Assembly: GCA_951406725.2 (NCBI GenBank)
Contig: OX597818.1
Location: 58,714,001 to 58,778,000, forward strand
Source of the DNA: Octopus vulgaris
Taxonomy: Eukaryota
Length of the DNA stretch: 64,000 nucleotides
Reading direction: 5' to 3'
This document shows, in pieces, positions 13,205 to 24,700 of this stretch. The position numbers were made by a program, and so were the translations under genes. The notes beneath the pieces are model-generated. The model did not search any database. It had not been told where the DNA came from and worked only from the letters and a program-made list of their open reading frames with translations. Each line of letters starts with the position of its first letter. Position 1 is the first letter of the stretch.

Positions 13205-13966
13205 CAGATACTCTATCTTCTAATTAGCCTTAAGATTAAATAACGTTTAATACTGTTTAATATTGTTTAACATTGTTAATAATTTTTCAGATACTCTATC
13301 TTCTAATTAGCCTTAAGAATAAACAACGTTTTTACCCACACTTTAACATCTTCTAATTTTTTACCCACACTTTAATATCTTCTAATTAGCCTTTTTACCC
13401 ACATTTTAATATCTGTTAATATATTTTCAGATACTCTATCCTCTAATTAGCCTTAAGATTAAATAACGTTCTTATCCACACTTTAACATTTTTACCCACA
13501 CTTTAATATATTTTTGAATACTCTATCTTCTAATTAGCCTTAAGATTAAATAACGTTTTTACCCACACTTTAATATAATATTAATATTGTTAACATATTT
13601 TCAGATACTCTATCTCCTAATTAGCCTTAAGATTAAAAAACGTTTTACCCACAAACTTTAATATTATTAATATTAATAATACTCTATCCTCTAATTAGCC
13701 TTAAGATTAAATAACGTTTTTACCCACACTTTAACATTTTTACCCACACTTTAATATATTTTTGAATACTCTATCTTCTAATTAGCCTTAAGATTAAATA
13801 ACGTTTTTACCCACACTCTAATATAATATTAATATTGCTAATATATTTTCAGATACTCTATCTCCTAATTAGCCTTAAGATTAAATAACGTTTTTACCCA
13901 CAAACTTTAATATTGTTAATATTGTTAATATTTTTTTTCAAATACTCTATCTTCTAATTAGCCTTA
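13205..13966 (+). repeat. Tandem array of 9 monomers (mostly 75-89 bp) upstream of LINE ORF1
   Basis: Core atactctatc(tt/ct/tc)ctaattagccttaa at about 13208, 13291, 13431, 13518, 13604, 13679, 13766, 13853, 13942. Confidence 0.95.
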
Positions 13967-14028
13967 ATATCTTCTTGTCTTCTCTCGAACATAGTTAGAT
14001 AGATAAACAAATAGACAGATTATCCAGC

Positions 14029-14934
14029 ATGACCAGAGCCTGGAGACCTGACGAACTAGATTTATTCGTACGAGCCTGGGAGTGCGCCGACGGAGATAGC
14101 CCTAGCGAGGTGATTGCGGCTGCGCTGAAGAACAACGGCTACAAGAGGACAGCGGCTCAGATGGAGCGAAAGAGACGGGAATTCGTGCGCTCATATGCGC
14201 TTATACGGTCGCACATTGGCGCACTTGATGCCATCTTTGAGAACGAGCGGGGCAAAGATGGCAAGAATGGAGACGATGAAAGAAGTCACCCCCACCTGGT
14301 GGACGCCCGGGAGGAGGTTTTGAATGAGAAACCTGCCCGGGAAGTGAACCCAGATGCAAGTTCTCCAACCGGCAGCAAGGGCCATGGAGACGGAGAACCC
14401 GGTGAAGAGGTAGAGGGAGGAGGAAGAACTAAAAGAAGGACTGGAAGAGCTAAAGGAAAAGCTCAAGCAGGACCAAAGGGTGAAAAAACCAGGAATAGAA
14501 GTGGAACCGCAAAAGATGGAAACAAACGGCGCACACGGGTGTGTAGGTTCTACCTGAGAGGTTCCTGCTGGCATGGAAAGGAAGGTGCAGGCTGCCGCTT
14601 TGCACATCGGTGACCCTGCCACAGAAACACGAGGCAGATGGACAAACCATCAACACAAGGAAAAGGGATGGACCACGCACCACTTGCCCCAAAGCGGAGG
14701 TACGCAGATGTTGTGCGTGCCACAAACCGCCAACATGATGTTGTCGAAAGGGCAGCTGCTGAGCAACAATCTTTTTTGTGCATGGCACAAAAGATTGTAC
14801 AGCAGCTGACCTGGCTTCATCAAACCCAAGCCCGCAGGTGGGACTACCCACTATATACCAGACCACCACAGCAAACAGACCCAGGATGGACACCGCCGGC
14901 AACAACGCACACCTCACCTCGATGCTCCTACTGA
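14029..14934 (+). CDS. LINE ORF1: N-terminal trihelix Myb/SANT-like domain, basic linker, CCCH zinc finger; in-frame TGA at 14611-14613
   Basis: W..E...F...W...IAAAL...GYKRTAAQ...K...F...Y pattern; C-x7-C-x8-C-x3-H (CRFYLRGSCWHGKEGAGCRFAH); ORF 14638-14934 is in the same frame 24 nt after the stop. Confidence 0.75.
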
Positions 14935-17879
14935 ACATCAGAGGACTGCAAACACTCAGTAACAGGACAAAGATCCCGTTCCTGAGAGACTTTGTTGCAT
15001 GCAATCAAGCCTTATGCATAGCACTTACGGAAACGCACCTGAAACCGGACATAGCAGATGCGGAGTTACACATACCACAGTATGCTGTACTACGGACCGA
15101 CAGGAAAGAAAGGAGTCATGGAGGTGTTGCTATGTACATCCGTGAGGACCTCACACCCCAGGTCCTCTTGTCATACTCAAACTCGGTGTGTGACACACTA
15201 ATTGTACATATTAGGCAACTTGATGTAGTTGTGTGTGCTACATATCGCCCTCCAGATGCCCCAAGCCATGTGGGCAAGTTTGAAGACTGCCTTATAAAAA
15301 TAGAAGTTCTAACCACATTAGAACAACACATAAGTGTACTTCTTATGGGAGACTTCAATCTTCCCAATGTCAGATGGCCCGAGGGCCTTTCTCTCCCAGG
15401 AATGACAAGATGTGAACAAGGACAGGCGAGGTCCCTCCTGAACCTCATCAACACCCTGTACGTGGAGCAGGTAATACTCCAACCAACCAGGGCAGGTAAC
15501 ACACTGGATCTCTGCTTCACAAATGACATGGATCTCATCCATAATGTGAAAGTGACACCGACACTACTCTCGGATCACAACATGATAGAGCTGACCATGT
15601 ACGGGCCAAAAGAGAGCACGGACATGCAGCCTACAAGAAACCCTCAGAATCTTTCCAGCTTGTACTACCATAAGGCAAACTGGAAACAAATTGAGAAAGA
15701 GATCCTCAAACAAAACTGGCCTAAATGTCTCTCCTCGCCAGACATCGACGTGAAACTTCAACAATTCATGTCTGTAATGCAAGCCATATGCTACAAATGT
15801 GTCCCAGAGAGAAAGGCCACTGTACACAAGAACAAAATCCCCAGAGAGAGGAAAATTTTAATGAGACGGCGTACAAAATTTTCAAATCGCCTAAACAAAC
15901 ATATTGAAAGCAGTGAAAAGTCCCGCCTAAAAATAAAACTGTTGGAAATCGAAAAATGTCTGCAACTCTCCCATGAAAAAGAAAAAGCAGACAAAGAAGC
16001 CTGGGCTATAGACAACATAAAATCTAACCCCAGAGCTTTCTACAGGTATGCCAAAGAAACAGCTTCGATGCACTGTAGAATAGGGCCACTCCTCGAAAAG
16101 GATGGCACACTTACAGGAAAACCAATGAGGGTAAGTGAAACACTGAATGAGCAATTCAAGAGTGTTTTCACTCCACCCCTTGGGCATCTCCAAATCACCA
16201 ATCCAACTGACTTTTTTACCACTGCAGATATAAAATCAGAGGCGGCGACGATAGATTACATCGATATAAAGGAAGACGATGTAATCAAGGCTATAGTTGA
16301 AATGAAAACAGACTCAGCTACTGGCCCCGATGGATTCCCGGCAATCCTCCTAAAAGCATGTAAGAGAGTCCTAGCAAGACCACTGCAGTTCCTCTTTCAG
16401 AGCTTCCTTGCAGCTGGCAAACTTCCAAGAAAACTGAAGGAAGGTAAAATATGCCCCATTCATAAAGGAGGTAGCAGAGCGGAAGCCAAGAACTATAGAC
16501 CTATCTCTCTGACCTCACACATCAGCAAGGTCATGGAACGAATAGTCAGAAGGAAGCTGATCACCTTCCTTGAAGAGAATGACTTGCTGCCCGACACCCA
16601 ACATGGTTTCCGACCAGGGAGAAGCTGTTTAACTCAGCTCCTACAACACTATGACTGGGTGCTGAAACGGCTGCTCAACCACTCAAATGTGGAAGTGATA
16701 TATCTCGACTTTGCAAAGGCCTTTGATAAAGTCGATCATGGAATGATATGTCACAAACTGCGTGATCTCAACATAGTTGGAAAACTGGGAGAATGGCTTC
16801 ATGACTTTCTGAAAGATAGAAGTCAGGTGGTAATGGCCAATGGGGCCACTTCCATTAACACGCAAATAGTGAGCGGTGTTCCGCAGGGCACTGTTCTGGG
16901 ACCACTACTGTTCATAATGGCCCTCTCAGACATGCCCTCAGCCACGCAGAGAGCCACGATCACAAGTTATGCAGATGATACAAAAGTTTCACAGGCAATA
17001 CAGAACCCTGAGGACACTAAACACCTGCAATGTGAGCTAGACAAAATATACAAGTGGGCCGAAAAGAATAGCATGCAGTTCAATGCTGAAAAGTTTCAAG
17101 CTCTATACTATCAGCATGCAAAACTAATTGAAATACCCAATGAATACACTGGACCCGGAGGAATAGCAATCCCAGAGGAACAATCAGTGCGTGACCTAGG
17201 TATTTACATGAGTGATGACGCGACCTTTCGTGTACATGTTGCTAAATTGGCAATGAAATGTAGACGACTGGCCGGATGGATCCTCAGAACCTTTAGAACA
17301 AGAGAACAAGAAACCATGATGGTCCTCTGGAGGACACTTTTCCTAAGCCACTTTGACTACTGCTCTCAGTTATGGTCACCATCCAGTGTCAAGTTGATCA
17401 CACAGCTCGAGGCGATCCAACGTAGCTACACGAAGAAGATAGCCTCTATGCAGAATGTAAGCTACTGGGAAAGACTCAAGAGATTAAAACTATATTCCCT
17501 GGAGCGTAGGCGGGAAAGATATGCCATAATATACATCTGGAAGATCCTGGAGGGACGTGTCCTGAACTTTGGCATCGAGAGTTACGCAAATGCCAGAACT
17601 GGGCGCCACTGCGTGGTGCCTAGGACTCCAAACTTGCCATCAAGATGTAGGACAAGATTATGTGATAGCCTGGGCTTCCGAGGCCCACATCTCTTCAATA
17701 TCCTCCCGAAGAACCTGAGAGACCTGCATGGGGTGGATGCAGATGTCTTTAAAATGAAGCTGGATCTCTTCCTGTCAGGTGTCCCAGATGAACCAACTTC
17801 ACGGCAGGAGGGGCAGATGAGGGCAGCTGCATCGAACTCTCTCAAGCACCAAATGGCAGTTGCTAGAAAGCTTTCGTGA
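14778..17879 (+). CDS. LINE ORF2: AP-like endonuclease + reverse transcriptase, intact (first ATG 14886)
   Basis: APE motifs LNIRGL, TETH, GGVA, GDFN, LDL, SDH; RT motifs NYRPISL, QHGFR, LDFAKAFD, GVPQG, YADD, DLG; CR1-type C-terminus SLERRR. Confidence 0.97.
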   Translation: MHGTKDCTAADLASSNPSPQVGLPTIYQTTTANRPRMDTAGNNAHLTSMLLLNIRGLQTLSNRTKIPFLRDFVACNQALCIALTETHLKPDIADAELHIPQYAVLRTDRKERSHGGVAMYIREDLTPQVLLSYSNSVCDTLIVHIRQLDVVVCATYRPPDAPSHVGKFEDCLIKIEVLTTLEQHISVLLMGDFNLPNVRWPEGLSLPGMTRCEQGQARSLLNLINTLYVEQVILQPTRAGNTLDLCFTNDMDLIHNVKVTPTLLSDHNMIELTMYGPKESTDMQPTRNPQNLSSLYYHKANWKQIEKEILKQNWPKCLSSPDIDVKLQQFMSVMQAICYKCVPERKATVHKNKIPRERKILMRRRTKFSNRLNKHIESSEKSRLKIKLLEIEKCLQLSHEKEKADKEAWAIDNIKSNPRAFYRYAKETASMHCRIGPLLEKDGTLTGKPMRVSETLNEQFKSVFTPPLGHLQITNPTDFFTTADIKSEAATIDYIDIKEDDVIKAIVEMKTDSATGPDGFPAILLKACKRVLARPLQFLFQSFLAAGKLPRKLKEGKICPIHKGGSRAEAKNYRPISLTSHISKVMERIVRRKLITFLEENDLLPDTQHGFRPGRSCLTQLLQHYDWVLKRLLNHSNVEVIYLDFAKAFDKVDHGMICHKLRDLNIVGKLGEWLHDFLKDRSQVVMANGATSINTQIVSGVPQGTVLGPLLFIMALSDMPSATQRATITSYADDTKVSQAIQNPEDTKHLQCELDKIYKWAEKNSMQFNAEKFQALYYQHAKLIEIPNEYTGPGGIAIPEEQSVRDLGIYMSDDATFRVHVAKLAMKCRRLAGWILRTFRTREQETMMVLWRTLFLSHFDYCSQLWSPSSVKLITQLEAIQRSYTKKIASMQNVSYWERLKRLKLYSLERRRERYAIIYIWKILEGRVLNFGIESYANARTGRHCVVPRTPNLPSRCRTRLCDSLGFRGPHLFNILPKNLRDLHGVDADVFKMKLDLFLSGVPDEPTSRQEGQMRAAASNSLKHQMAVARKLS

Positions 17880-17968
17880 AGTAAAACCAAGTAGCAACAC
17901 CAAATGGCGGTGCCCCAGCATGGCCACAGCTCATAAGCTGAAACTAGAATCAATCAATCAATCAATCA

Positions 17969-18028
<60 letters not shown>

Positions 18029-18030
<2 letters not shown>

Positions 18031-18486
18031 ATCTCTTCGGTTTGAACGCAGGTCTTTAAAATAATTTCCACGTAATAAAACACTTTTAAACTTCGTATAT
18101 TGGTAGAATGTGTTTATAAAACATCTTTTTCTCTTGGTTTTATTGAGAAAATCCTATAGTTTGTAAGATATTTGTTGTTTTTTCCTTTTATTTCTGCAAT
18201 TTCAACCAATCACTGACGTCTATTGAGGTGAAAGCATTCTGTGTCGTATGAATATGTCCCTCGATTAAAAAAAACGATAGAGTTTATTTACATTACTGAA
18301 CAAAAAAAAATATACCCTTCCCCCCATTCCTAACTCTAACCTTAACCCTAACCCTAGCCCTAATCCTAACTAACCCTAACACTAAAACAGATAGAAATGC
18401 AATAGATCGATACTAGGGTCATAATTATAGGTGACAATTTCATGTCAAACCGCTAGAAAAAACTGCCGTTCAAACCGAGAAGATCC
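18029..18486. mobile_element. MITE with ~20 bp TIRs and internal degenerate (CCCTAA)n at 18328-18381
   Basis: ggatctcttcggtttgaacg / cgttcaaaccgagaagatcc, flanked by (TA)n. Confidence 0.85.
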
Positions 18487-18504
18487 TATATATTTATATA
18501 TATT

Positions 18505-18690
18505 ATGGCTGTCCCCTTCGTTATCGAGCATGGCCATTACACGAAGCTTAACTGTTACTGGTGCTGTGATCGAATAGGACTTTTTAGCCAGGCTAAAGAT
18601 CTACAAAGAAAACAAGGATGGGTCAATCGAAGTTTTCTATCCACAGTCAAGCACCAGATTATCCTCGCAATTTCGGCTAATTTTACCTGA
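18505..18690 (-). mobile_element. 3' end of a retroposon related to 24788-25440
   Basis: 18505-18575 is the reverse complement of 25365-25438. Confidence 0.6.
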
Positions 18691-18994
18691 GATTACCTCA
18701 AGGAAAATCTAAGCTAAGAGCATTAGATTCCTTGGAAGAAAGCAGAGAATGTATACAAAAACAATATATATATGAATGCGCGTGTGCGAGTGTGCATTGT
18801 ACATGCGTGTATATGTGTATGTATGGATGAATGGATGGATGATGAATGGAAGTATAAATGTATATATGAAAGCCATCTGTAAAGCAAATCATTTACATAA
18901 CAAAGAAGAAAAATGCCATTTCTGTGCATCTATGAAATGAAATATTCTTCTGGGGGTGGAAACCATCTGCGTACACTTATTCAATATGTACAGT

Positions 18995-19029
<35 letters not shown>

Positions 19030-19077
19030 GATAGATAGATAGATGCATTTATGTACAGATATATGTATATGTATATG

Positions 19078-19110
<33 letters not shown>

Positions 19111-19156
19111 GTATAAATATATATATATAAATGTATAATATATATATATATATATA

Positions 19157-19228
<72 letters not shown>

Positions 19229-19589
19229 ATACATACACATACTCAAATGTATACACATATAGCTGAGATGTATGTGTGCGTGTGTGAATGTGTGTGTATG
19301 CGTAAAATATTGTTTCTCTTATTTTTATCATGTATAGTGAAGTCGCGAATATTTTTATATAAGGTGTCTTGCAGTCTTGCAACATCCATGTATATTTCTC
19401 AAATTTTTCATGAGTCCATGATGTAAGCTAATGGAAGACGATATCTCAAATAAGAAATTTAAATATCACATTAAACTTTTCGCAATTCTATATTTCCAAT
19501 AATATATAGATAGTTATAAGTTTTCTTCAGCTAGAAAGTGAATAGAATCTACCCAGTGTGATAATACAAAAACATATATACCAAGGCAC

Positions 19590-19890
19590 CTGGCATATTG
19601 GTTAGCGCATTTCGCTCTCGGCCGAAGGGCCATGCGTTAGATTCCCTGTAGTACTTTGTGTTTTTAAGTAAGATATTTTATTTCTCGTGGCTTTAGTCCA
19701 CACAACTGGCAAAAGTGCGTAGTGTCTGTTTTCCAAAGTGCCAGCCTTGTCACATTGCATACCATATTGAATCGTACAGGTGGGCGTATTTCAGGAGTGC
19801 TCAACCACTTGCACGTTATTTTCTCGAGCAGGCTATTCTGCAGATCGAATAACTTCGAATCCTCGTCGTTGTAACAGGCGAAGTGTCACA
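19590..19890 (+). mobile_element. Old diverged tRNA-derived SINE
   Basis: ggcatattggttagcgca...gttagattccc head followed by a body resembling other SINE bodies here. Confidence 0.5.
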
Positions 19891-19928
19891 TTATACTAAA
19901 TAATCAGTGTAGATATTTTTTTTTTACT

Positions 19929-20880
19929 TCAGAACGTAGATAAAGTACAATGAGTTTTTGTGGGTATTGATTTACAAGCACCATTTTTCATCGCCAGTAA
20001 CGATTTGGTAAAGAAATCGTTGCTTGTGTCCGCGAGGTGAGCGGTGGCGAGCAAGAAAACAGCGGAGGATGTGGCTCGTTGATTTTTGTTGTTGTCACTT
20101 AAAGCATGCGGAACCCATGCACCATACTTCTGAACCTTTCCCATCGAGTAAAGATGCTTCCCTATAGCGGTGTGGGAGCAATCCATTTTCTCTACCAGTT
20201 CCCTTGTCGTTTGTCGAGAATTGTTGCGCAAAACTTGGTTTAATCGCTCTTCATTGAACTCAACAGAACGGCCAGAATGACGTGCGTCTTTGAGGTCAAA
20301 ATATCCATTTTTGAACTTGGCATACCAATCACGAGCGGTTCTTTCAGGTATGGTACCCTCTCCATAGGGAAGGGATTATCAATTACAAATTGTTTGAACG
20401 GAACCAAACGGTCAACGCGAAACTGTATGTTCAATAGATGGAACGACTCAACACCGCTATTCAAAGGAAAAGACCTAATCGTCAGCATAGAGTTCTGCTG
20501 CTGCACGACAATGTCTGCACTCATATCGCCAATATGACCAAGGAAGCCATTCAAACGCATGGCTCGGATGTGCTGCCACACCCGCCGTACTATCCTGGTT
20601 TGGCCCCAACGGATTTCCACCTCTTTCAATGTCTTTCAAATGCTATGCGCTGAGTTTCGTTCTATAATGAGGCAGAATTGACAGCTTGGTTGGATCAATT
20701 TTTCGAGTCGAAATCGGGTGATTTCTACCAATGAAGTATAGAAAATTTTGTTGAAAGTTAAGAAGTTGTAAACAAGAAGGGTGAATACATTATTGATTAA
20801 TTAGTTGTTATGTTTTTATTAACCATTTAAGAAATTTAAATTTAAAAAAAAACCGCAGGTACTTAGTTACCCACCCAATA
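19929..20880. pseudogene. Rearranged mariner (DD34D) transposon relic
   Basis: Minus ~20340-19960: WYAKFKNG, WVPHAL, GDEKW; plus 20345-20800: LLHDN..x34..D (HPPYYPGLAPTDFHLF); TIR-like end acttagttacccacccaata. Confidence 0.9.
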
Positions 20881-22393
20881 GATCTCGTTAAGCATACTCA
20901 ATTAATGAATTATTAAATCGGATATTTCTGAGAATATTTTTGTTTATAATTTCAGTTGAACATCTATTTTCTTGCGGACATTCCCTTACGAGACTGTAAT
21001 TATCCTAAACACTGAAGCATCCTTAAAATTTATGATATCGTCAACTCATTATCAAAAATAATTTGATTATTAAATTCTATGAAAAATTGAAATTGCACCT
21101 GAGAAGAGATCCATTGATTCATAGTGAATAAAGTTTGCATCAGATATAAGGACCATGATTCATATCAATGTTATGCTTTTGAAATTAAATAACCAGATAC
21201 TCGAGGTAAAAACTACCTGAAGCAATGCAGTCGATTCCCTTTGTATTGTGTTTGTCTTTCAGTCATCACTCAATTCCTAAAACGAAAGATTATTTTGCGG
21301 TAAATCCTCATATATCTGATCGTACTGCATAATTTTTTATACTAAATGAGATATTAAACAGCACAATCCTATTCAGATATAAGGTTCTCGCAGGTTGTTA
21401 TACCCCGAAGATTTTCTTCAACTTGAGAAAGACCTAAAACACCTGACGCCCGGGTGAAAGGAATGAAGTGTGTTTATTAAACATTACAAAGGAAATTAAT
21501 TGGTGCATATTTCTGGAGAAGATAACTGCAATAAAGTGAACTATACATTATAATTCAGTTATCCACCCACAACCAAATTCCTCTCAGAAATTAATATGCA
21601 GGAAGATCGGATGTAGCTGCAGATTCCATATTAAATGTATCTGAGCAAAAATACTTGATAGAAAATAGTGATTAATCATTTCTAGGTAAAGTTTACAGTT
21701 ATTCGAGACAATATTTATAGAGGAGAAGGTTGTACAATGCATAGTCATAATAAGAGGTATCATCGGTCGTCTGAACACACAATATGAAATGGATGCTAAG
21801 AGATTTACTTAAGGTGTTTTCCGATATCCTGACACAATGCAAGATACTATATCTGTCGTTTTATATGTTTTTGTGCAAATATAATATCAAAGGTGTGTAT
21901 AGGCAAATAAGAAGAGGTTGAAGTTTAGTAACATGAGACGAGGCAAGTAATTGTTAAAGATTTAAACATTACGCTTTGATCAATACTGGGAAAGAGAATA
22001 CGTTTTTTTTTCGTTACTTGACACTCCATATTAAATAAGAGGTAGATTGCAAAGTTGCGATAAAGTCTTCTTTATCAATATTTTTCATACAAACATCAGC
22101 AAATACAGAACGGTATAGAAGAAAAAAACCATGCTTAAGGAAGTGTTTTAAGAATATGATTTAAGGGAAGTCTATGAATTATTCGTCTTCTTTTCAGGTG
22201 AAGGTGTCACATATTTCGGTATTTAATATTCATGATCGAGATTATTCAGGAAATATGAAACGTTTATGGCTGAGCTAAGACACACACGCCTACACAAATA
22301 ATACGCACTTTTCCGAAATTGTATTATTAGTGTATGTATGCATATATACACTTATATGTTCGTGTATATATAGATAACATATAGTTATGCATG

Positions 22394-22427
<34 letters not shown>

Positions 22428-22431
<4 letters not shown>

Positions 22432-22611
22432 GGAATTCACAAAACGAAAACAAGAGATGAAGACAGGTGGTGTACACAACAAACTGATGCATTAGTATAA
22501 TGCTCGGGAAGTGAAAAAGTTTTTAACGTTTCCAGCCTACGCTCTTACACAGAAAGAAACAAGGAGAGCAAATGAAGAATGTGTAGTGGCTAGCGATCTA
22601 TCATGGCGAAG

Positions 22612-22612
<1 letters not shown>
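22428..22612 (-). mobile_element. Second Penelope-like short element family, degenerate hammerhead-like motif
   Basis: Homologous to 47070-47272; between two (TA)n tracts. Confidence 0.6.
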
Positions 22613-22673
<61 letters not shown>

Positions 22674-22929
22674 GCATATATATGTATATATATATGTAAT
22701 TGTATATCTATATCTATTTGTATATATATATGTGTGTGTTTGTGTATAAGTGTATGTGTGTGTGTGTGTGCAGGGTATATGTGTATATATATTATGTATC
22801 CATATGTTTCTGGATATATCGTCCAAGACGTTTCAGACTCGTTAAAGTGCTGCTTCACAGCAATTGTTCTGCCTCAGTACGCTCTGAGTTGAAGTCCAGT
22901 TGCAGTCTAGTGGAAGTTAAGACCTTGCC

Positions 22930-23700
22930 TTTAATGTTTTCAGTCTCGATAATTTGGCCATGCTGGAGCGCGTCCCGTGTAGTCACCTTTTCATTGGCCA
23001 ATCGCATGTGCTTTTTCTTTTGTGAAGGAGGGAGTTCAATAATACTTCCCCTTTTTCAGTTACCTGCCTTGTTATAGGTTTATCAGAGATAGCAGATGTT
23101 CGAATTGTTTTAGGAAACCATCTATCACTACTCCACGAAGATCCCTTGGTTGTATTGGCAGCGTGTTAAATAGCTGTGGGCTCTCAAATCCCAATCAAGT
23201 ACAGGACATAGACCTCACTTTAGACGGGGTACCTTGGATCTTTGGAACAGTGCAGTAACGTCCAGATCGGGGGTTGGTATATGTCTCGATACCAAAGTGT
23301 GGTGGTACCTCCTCCAGGATCTTCTACACATATATCACTGCATATCTCTCCCGTCTTCGGTCTAGGGACTAGAGTCGTAGTTCTTTCAGTCTCTCCCAGT
23401 TGCTCGGCTGTTCCACCAATGCAATCTCCCTGGTGTAGCGTATCAGAACTGCCTCAGGTTCCGCTATTAATATGGTATTGTACAGTGGCCAGATTGTGAG
23501 TAGTAGTCCAGACAACTGAGTACAGATGTCCGCCATAGAAGAAGCACAATTTCCTAGTGCTTTGTTCCGAAGTTTCTCAGAATCGACCCGGCCAGTCGGC
23601 AGCAAAATGCCACCATCTTCGTGATATGTACATGAAACAATGCATCATTGTTCATATCAATTTCCAGATCACGCACTGTATGTGAATCTGGGATTGACGC
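22930..23700 (-). pseudogene. Decayed 3' end of another CR1-group LINE
   Basis: Minus-strand translation SLDRRRERYAVIYV*KILE and GFESPQLFN match the ORF2 C-terminus at 17.5-17.7 kb; tail motif ctccagcatggcc at ~22955-22967. Confidence 0.8.
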
Positions 23701-23710
23701 TCTTTTGGCC

Positions 23711-24666
23711 TATGTATGTATGTACGTATTCATGAATAAATGTATGTATGTAAGTATGTATGTATGTATGTATGTATGTATGTATGTATGTATGTATGTA
23801 TGTATGTATGCATGTATGTATGTATGTAAGTATGCCTGTATGTATGTATGTATGTATGTATGTATGTGTGTATGTATGCATGCATATATGTATGTATGTA
23901 TGTGTGTATGTATGTATGTATGTATGCATGTATGTATGTGTGTATGTGTGTATGTAAGTATGTATGTATGTATGTATGTATGTATGTATGTATGCATGCA
24001 TGTAAGTATGTATGTATGTATGCATGTATGTATGTATGTATGGAAGTATGTAAGTATGTATGTATGTATGTATGTATGTATGCATGTATGTATGTATGTA
24101 TGTATGTATGTATGTATGTATGTATGTATGTATGTATGTATGTATGTATGTATGTATGTATGTATGTATGTATGTATGTATGTATGTATGTATGTATGTA
24201 TGTATGTATGTATGTATGTATGTATGTATGTATGTATGTATGTATGTATGTATGTATGTATGTATGTATGTATGTATGTATGTATGTATGTATGTATGTA
24301 TGTATGTATGTATGTATGTATGTATGTATGTATGTATGTATGTATGTATGTATGTATGTATGTATGTATGTATGTATGTATGTATGTATGTATGTATGTA
24401 TGTATGTATGTATGTATGTATGTATGTATGTATGTATGTATGTATGTATGTATGTATGTATGTATGTATGCATGTATGTATGTATGTATGTATGTATGTA
24501 TGTATGCCTGTATGTATGTATGTATGTATGTATGTATGTATGTATGTATGTATGTATGTATGTATGTATGTATGTATGTATGTATGTATGTATGTATGTA
24601 TGTATGTATGTATGTATGTATGTATGTATGTATGTATGTATGTATGTATGTATGTATGTATGTATG

Positions 24667-24700
<34 letters not shown>

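Larger units (their letters stand above)
12492..17971 (+). mobile_element. Near full-length CR1-group LINE; 5' boundary uncertain (12492-13200)
   Basis: 5' tandem repeats, ORF1, APE-RT ORF2, short 3' UTR hairpin and (TCAA)n tail 17948-17971; bounded by (TA)n at both ends. Confidence 0.85.

Noticed and set aside
13205-13966. CRISPR-like appearance (conserved repeat plus variable spacer)
   Set aside because: Spacers are related to each other and repeat in a higher-order pattern; eukaryotic context, no cas genes
14191-15827. Minus-strand ORFs overlapping the LINE ORFs
   Set aside because: Antisense shadows of GC-richer coding sequence with no recognisable motifs
22820-22862. GAAACGTC hammerhead-like half on the minus strand
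   Set aside because: 5' core (ctgtgaa) and stem I too degenerate
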